From positions 1 through 64,000 of the IMG/VR virus record IMGVR_UViG_3300031455_000001: a stretch of DNA of 64,000 nt; one strand, 5' to 3'. A model generated the notes under the pieces. It worked only from the letters and a program-made list of their open reading frames with translations. It had not been told where the DNA came from and did not search any database. The translations under genes and the position numbers were made by a program. Positions 59,752 to 64,000 of the stretch are shown one piece after another. Positions within the stretch are counted from its first letter, which is position 1, and each line of letters opens with the position of its first letter. Origin of the DNA: a virus.

Positions 59752-60406
59752 TTTCTAATTGTTCTATTCTTGCCCTCAATTCTCTTTCTGTCTCATGAGA
59801 TTTAATTATTCTTTTTAAATGAGGCACGATAGTTGTTTTTGCACTATGAAAATATGCAGAGTATTCTGGATGTTCTCTCCGTGCGTATTTGAAGAATGGT
59901 AAGAAATACATTTCAGTATCACGTGCCTGACGAATTTCTTTTTCTGGAGTTACAGAGTCTAAAGTGCTGAAATTATGTTTTCTGTCTGCTGTTTTGACTA
60001 AGCATTTTCTGAAGCTTGGAATCATATCTCTTAAATATGCAATCTTATATAGCGAATTATCATAATCCACTCCATCTTTCTTCGTAACCCCTTCTACTAC
60101 CTCTGCAACTTCATCCCCAAACATGTCTTTTACAAATGTATAATCAACATAGTCAATATCTTCAATTGAATCATGCAATATGTATGATGTTAAAGTGATT
60201 TCATCTCTTATTCCATGATTTATTAAATCTTGACAACCATCAACTAAATGATAATAATAGTGACTTCCATCATTGCGTTCGAATCCATTTTCTCTATTCA
60301 TTATAGATATCATTAACTCTAATGCTTTCAATGCATCTATATAGCCGAACCTCTGTAAGTCTCTTCTTAAATGATCTACTCTAGCCTCTATAGCCATATT
60401 CGACAC
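59738..60406 (-). CDS. Stand-alone RelA/SpoT-type HD hydrolase (small alarmone hydrolase-like)
   Basis: R.DG..Y..H, LHDSIED, FG..VA.VV.GVTK, VK.ADR.HN. Confidence 0.8.
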   Translation of the reverse strand: MSNMAIEARVDHLRRDLQRFGYIDALKALELMISIMNRENGFERNDGSHYYYHLVDGCQDLINHGIRDEITLTSYILHDSIEDIDYVDYTFVKDMFGDEVAEVVEGVTKKDGVDYDNSLYKIAYLRDMIPSFRKCLVKTADRKHNFSTLDSVTPEKEIRQARDTEMYFLPFFKYARREHPEYSAYFHSAKTTIVPHLKRIIKSHETERELRARIEQLENGEI

Positions 60407-60661
60407 CTCTTTAAAATGGTTTGTTCGAACTTTGACATTGCTCTTCTTCTTTAACTTTAGAATTTTTAATTTTTAAATCGCTCTCTACAACTTCCAATGT
60501 GACCATCGTTTTGTGCCAAATATCATCTTCAAAGAATGCATTTTTCACAGTGTATCCTTGTTCGTTCGCATAGTTTTCAATTAATTTCATCAATTCTTCA
60601 TTAGTGATAGTCGTCATTAATCGTTTTTCCAATTTAAACGCCTCCTCTTTAATGTATATTA

Positions 60662-60690
60662 AGTATATCATTATTTATTGCTTTTGTCAA
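60662..60690 (-). promoter_or_regulatory. sigA promoter
   Basis: TTGACA-17-TATACT, extended -10. Confidence 0.75.
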
Positions 60691-60738
60691 CAGGGTAAAA
60701 GAAAAAGATGAGAATTAACTTCCCATCTTTAATTTGCA

Positions 60739-62427
60739 TCAGACTACTTTATAATCATCAATAAGTATTTGTGGCATAACTACTCTTTTTTTGATTTTAA
60801 AATTGAACCATATATTTAATTGTAGCTGACCAACCACATCAATTGTGTCGTATAATGATAATTCAGAAGCATATTTTGGATTCACTCTGAATTTAATCAG
60901 TTCCAAATCATCTAATGTCTGAATTTTTACTGTCTCCAAAGTTTTACCTATGCATTCTGGTTCATAAACGGTTATTCCAGTTACTTTTACTAATACTTTC
61001 GGAAACCCATTACCAACCAGCGTGTTAAATTCTTCAATTACTGGTATAAACTCTGCAACTTCATCCACTTTTAACTCTAGATCATAAATAACAGTGGGTT
61101 CACTATCCTCCATATTTGGAAGATTTAATTGAATGTACTCTTTCAGAGCTTCAAGATTTCTTTCTTTGATTACGAATCCTCCAGCTTGATTATGACCCAT
61201 AGCCTCTTTAACCAAACCAGATTCCATCAAGAAGTTTTTGAAGTTGAATCCCGCATAACTTCTGAAGCTTCCACTTACTTCACCTTTATGTAATCGACCC
61301 ACAATAGCAGGTCTTTGATACTTATCAGATAATTGTTGAGCAATTAAGCCATTAAATCCTTTAGAAGAATGATCATCCAGCACAATCAAAACTTTATCAT
61401 CTGAATTAATCTTAGTTTGATACTGCTCTGTGATTTCTTTTTGTCTTTCTTTTCGTGCATCATTTAATTTGTGCATTTTAAGGCGTAATCTTTTACACTC
61501 TTTATCGTCATCAGCCATAAGAAGATCAATAGCTAATTCAATCTCATCCATTCGTGTCGTGCCATTTATTAGTGGTGCAATCCCAAATCCTATCGCATTA
61601 CAATTGATGTTGTAGGTATCAATTTTTGCACCTTTTAAGATTCTAATAAGACCAGCATTTTTGATATTTCTCAATCCATGAAGAATCATAAATCTGTTCT
61701 CTAAAACATCAACCCTCATAACATCTGCATACATTCCCAATGCCACAAGATCCATGTATTGGAACGGATCTACTGTGTTAAGAGTGTCCTCCATAACTTG
61801 AACCACCTTGAAAACAAGTCCAGCACCGCTAATAAATTTATTAGGATATTCACAGTCTTTTTGCTGAGGGTTAACCATAAGTACATGAGGATTTTCTCTT
61901 TCTATCTCATGGTGATCAATAATAACAATTTCTGTTCCCCACTGTTCTTTTATATACCCACAAACATCTGCATCGTTAGATGATGAGTCAATTAGAATCA
62001 ATAGATCGGCATCTTTCACTTTTTGTATATTGCTTTTATTTAGAGCTATCCTTTTTTCATCTTTTACTTCATTTAACCCTTTTAGAGTTAGCATTTCTTT
62101 GATACCATGACCGTTGCTACGTTCACCGAAAATATAATCTACACTTTCTGTGTAATTTGATAAATATCTTCTCATGATTGTTGCTGAGGATATTCCATCT
62201 GCATCGCAATCATATGAAACTACAATCTTCTCACCGTTGCTTATCGCCATGATGATCCTATTAATGGCTTCTTCGATATTTTTAAGAAAATAAGGGTCTA
62301 CTAGATGCTCCTGTGTTGGATTTAAAAAGGTGTCTACATCTGAAATTCCTCTTATTTTGGCAATTTTCTGTTTTACTGTATCCTCAACGTTAAGTCTGGC
62401 TTTATGCCTCTTTTCTACCCACTTCAT
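60739..62427 (-). CDS. recJ: RecJ-like ssDNA exonuclease (DHH/DHHA1)
   Basis: DCDADG, IIDHH, GSFRS, GHNQAGG; GAGGAGG RBS before ATG 62427. Confidence 0.9.
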   Translation of the reverse strand: MKWVEKRHKARLNVEDTVKQKIAKIRGISDVDTFLNPTQEHLVDPYFLKNIEEAINRIIMAISNGEKIVVSYDCDADGISSATIMRRYLSNYTESVDYIFGERSNGHGIKEMLTLKGLNEVKDEKRIALNKSNIQKVKDADLLILIDSSSNDADVCGYIKEQWGTEIVIIDHHEIERENPHVLMVNPQQKDCEYPNKFISGAGLVFKVVQVMEDTLNTVDPFQYMDLVALGMYADVMRVDVLENRFMILHGLRNIKNAGLIRILKGAKIDTYNINCNAIGFGIAPLINGTTRMDEIELAIDLLMADDDKECKRLRLKMHKLNDARKERQKEITEQYQTKINSDDKVLIVLDDHSSKGFNGLIAQQLSDKYQRPAIVGRLHKGEVSGSFRSYAGFNFKNFLMESGLVKEAMGHNQAGGFVIKERNLEALKEYIQLNLPNMEDSEPTVIYDLELKVDEVAEFIPVIEEFNTLVGNGFPKVLVKVTGITVYEPECIGKTLETVKIQTLDDLELIKFRVNPKYASELSLYDTIDVVGQLQLNIWFNFKIKKRVVMPQILIDDYKVV

Positions 62428-63512
62428 CTTCAGCAATGCCCTCCTCTGGCTGTGAATGCAGGTCTTCATAAGAGATGGTTTTGTTAATTTCACCCATTTC
62501 ATCATATCCCTTTGCCATGCTCATAATTTTATCTAAAGATTCAATACATTTAATGTATTGATAAAAAGCTTCATGCTCTAATTTTGTAGCGTAATCTTTT
62601 TGATCTTTATATAAACTGTTGATAAATTTTGAAATATCTTTTAATTTTTCATCTGAATATCCTAGTTCATTCAAAACAAAAACCAATCTTTCTCTCTTAC
62701 CCAAAGTGTCAATGAGATATAATGATGAAGTCATTTTTGCTACTGTTTTATCTAGATCTCTACCCATCTCTGCAACTCCCCTTATCTTTAAGCCATATAA
62801 CCTAATGTTTTATTAGGTTATTATTTTCGCAAACTTAAAACTGGCGTAGTGATCTTACCTTTATTAGCTTTAGCTACTGCATCAAAATAATTTTTAGCAT
62901 CAATTCGAGTGCCTTCAAACGTCACGACCACATCTTTCTTGTCGATTGTCATAACTACATAGAAATTACGCTTCTTAACTGTTTTAAGATCTGCAAATCG
63001 ATTACCTTTTAGAATATTTTTGTCTACACGCATTGTTAAATTCCTCCGTTAAATGATTATTTTTTGTATTTGTAATTATTAAATCCTTCTAATTCGTGAA
63101 ATGCTTTAAGTTTGTATTGTGTGTGAACCCTCTGTTTCTTCAGAGTCTCAAACATTTTTAGGCTACTATCTACTGGCGTTTTAATTGTTCTATTGTATTG
63201 TTGAATAAACGACTGTAGCCTCTGTCTTTCTTGCATTCTATTTTTGATCTTACGTCTCTCTAGACGCACCTCTTTAATCATTGCAGAAAGATTGTATCCT
63301 TCAGAAGCGTTGAATTTGTGAAACTCAATCATATGTAAAATATCTTCTTGCATTAAATCTAATCTCTGAAGCTCTTTTCTTATTTCATCATCACTACTTA
63401 GATCCATTGAAATCTCTTCCATTGCTTTCATTGCTATTGCCAAATTCTCTCTGTAGTCAATTTGATGAATCTTTTCGTTTTTAACAAAATCTAATTTTGA
63501 CATTCGCCACAA
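62402..63512 (-). other. Three hypothetical ORFs (62402-62767, 62821-63033, 63057-63512)
   Basis: Co-oriented ORFs with RBS. Confidence 0.55.
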
Positions 63513-63544
63513 CTCCTTATGTTTAATATATTATTAGTATACCA

Positions 63545-64000
63545 TTATTTTTTGTTGTTGTCAATGGGCTTTGTGTTTTTAATTTCGAATATACATTCAT
63601 TAACAAGTCTATTCCAAACTTGCAATCCTCTATCAATGGGCGAATCTTTATTTCCCAATAGATCATTATTGTCGTACATAGCAAAAACCTTTCGACCGTC
63701 AAAGATCTTTGATTGATTCCTGATATCATCAAGATTGATGCCTTTGTCATAGCACAGTACAATCTCTACATCTAAACCTAACTGTTTAATAATGTGAGCC
63801 TGTTCAATAGAAATTTCTGATGATCCAATGCCAAGCGTGTTGTATACTTTGTTGCTGAAAGCTTTCATGCATGATTTTTCTGCCTCAAAAATATAAACCC
63901 TTTTTTCACTTAAAATATACGGATGAGCCATATGGAGATTAAACCATTCCATCCTATTTTGAAATCTGTGTAAGTAAAGATATTTTCTATCATCATCTTC
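63545..64000 (-). CDS. dnaG: DNA primase TOPRIM domain, C-terminal part (5' end lies outside window)
   Basis: YIFEAEKS, LCYDKG, KDSP.D motifs. Confidence 0.75.
   Translation of the reverse strand, partial: EDDDRKYLYLHRFQNRMEWFNLHMAHPYILSEKRVYIFEAEKSCMKAFSNKVYNTLGIGSSEISIEQAHIIKQLGLDVEIVLCYDKGINLDDIRNQSKIFDGRKVFAMYDNNDLLGNKDSPIDRGLQVWNRLVNECIFEIKNTKPIDNNKK

Noticed and set aside
412-63716. Many short opposite-strand ORFs in the track (e.g. 2704-, 7752-, 18299+, 38214+, 51538+)
   Set aside because: Shadows of well-supported genes, without RBS or recognisable motifs

Overview
AT-rich 64 kb segment of a large Bacillaceae-type siphophage or phage-plasmid genome. The + strand arm (1-16.1 kb) carries tail/adsorption genes (one is a GH113-like glycosidase fused to a multi-CBM tail protein), a lysis cassette, Ig/LamG virion accessory genes, a Rok-like silencer and an XRE regulator. 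After a bidirectional terminator, the - strand arm (16.2-64 kb) carries replication and nucleotide genes: RuvC-like resolvase, DnaE, tdk, DHFR, thyA, dUTPase, nrdHIEF, type II topoisomerase A/B, DNA ligase, RNase H, RecJ and primase. It also has an RNA-repair set, two ClpP paralogs, a subtilisin, Pth2, a macrodomain, a (p)ppGpp hydrolase and three arrays of small accessory genes. The most striking non-coding signal is eight near-perfect chromosomal-type parS palindromes (TGTTNCACGTGAAACA) in three clusters about 15 kb apart, sitting at gene junctions inside the small-gene arrays. Other repeated junction elements accompany them: a 41-bp parS-containing repeat, an ATAAWA-N6-TWTTAT palindrome, 10-bp phased repeats and a CCGTTCGA motif. 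A family of near-consensus sigA promoters with a shared spacer also recurs. No tRNA, rRNA, CRISPR array or transposase was recognised. All family assignments come from motif recognition by eye, not database searches.
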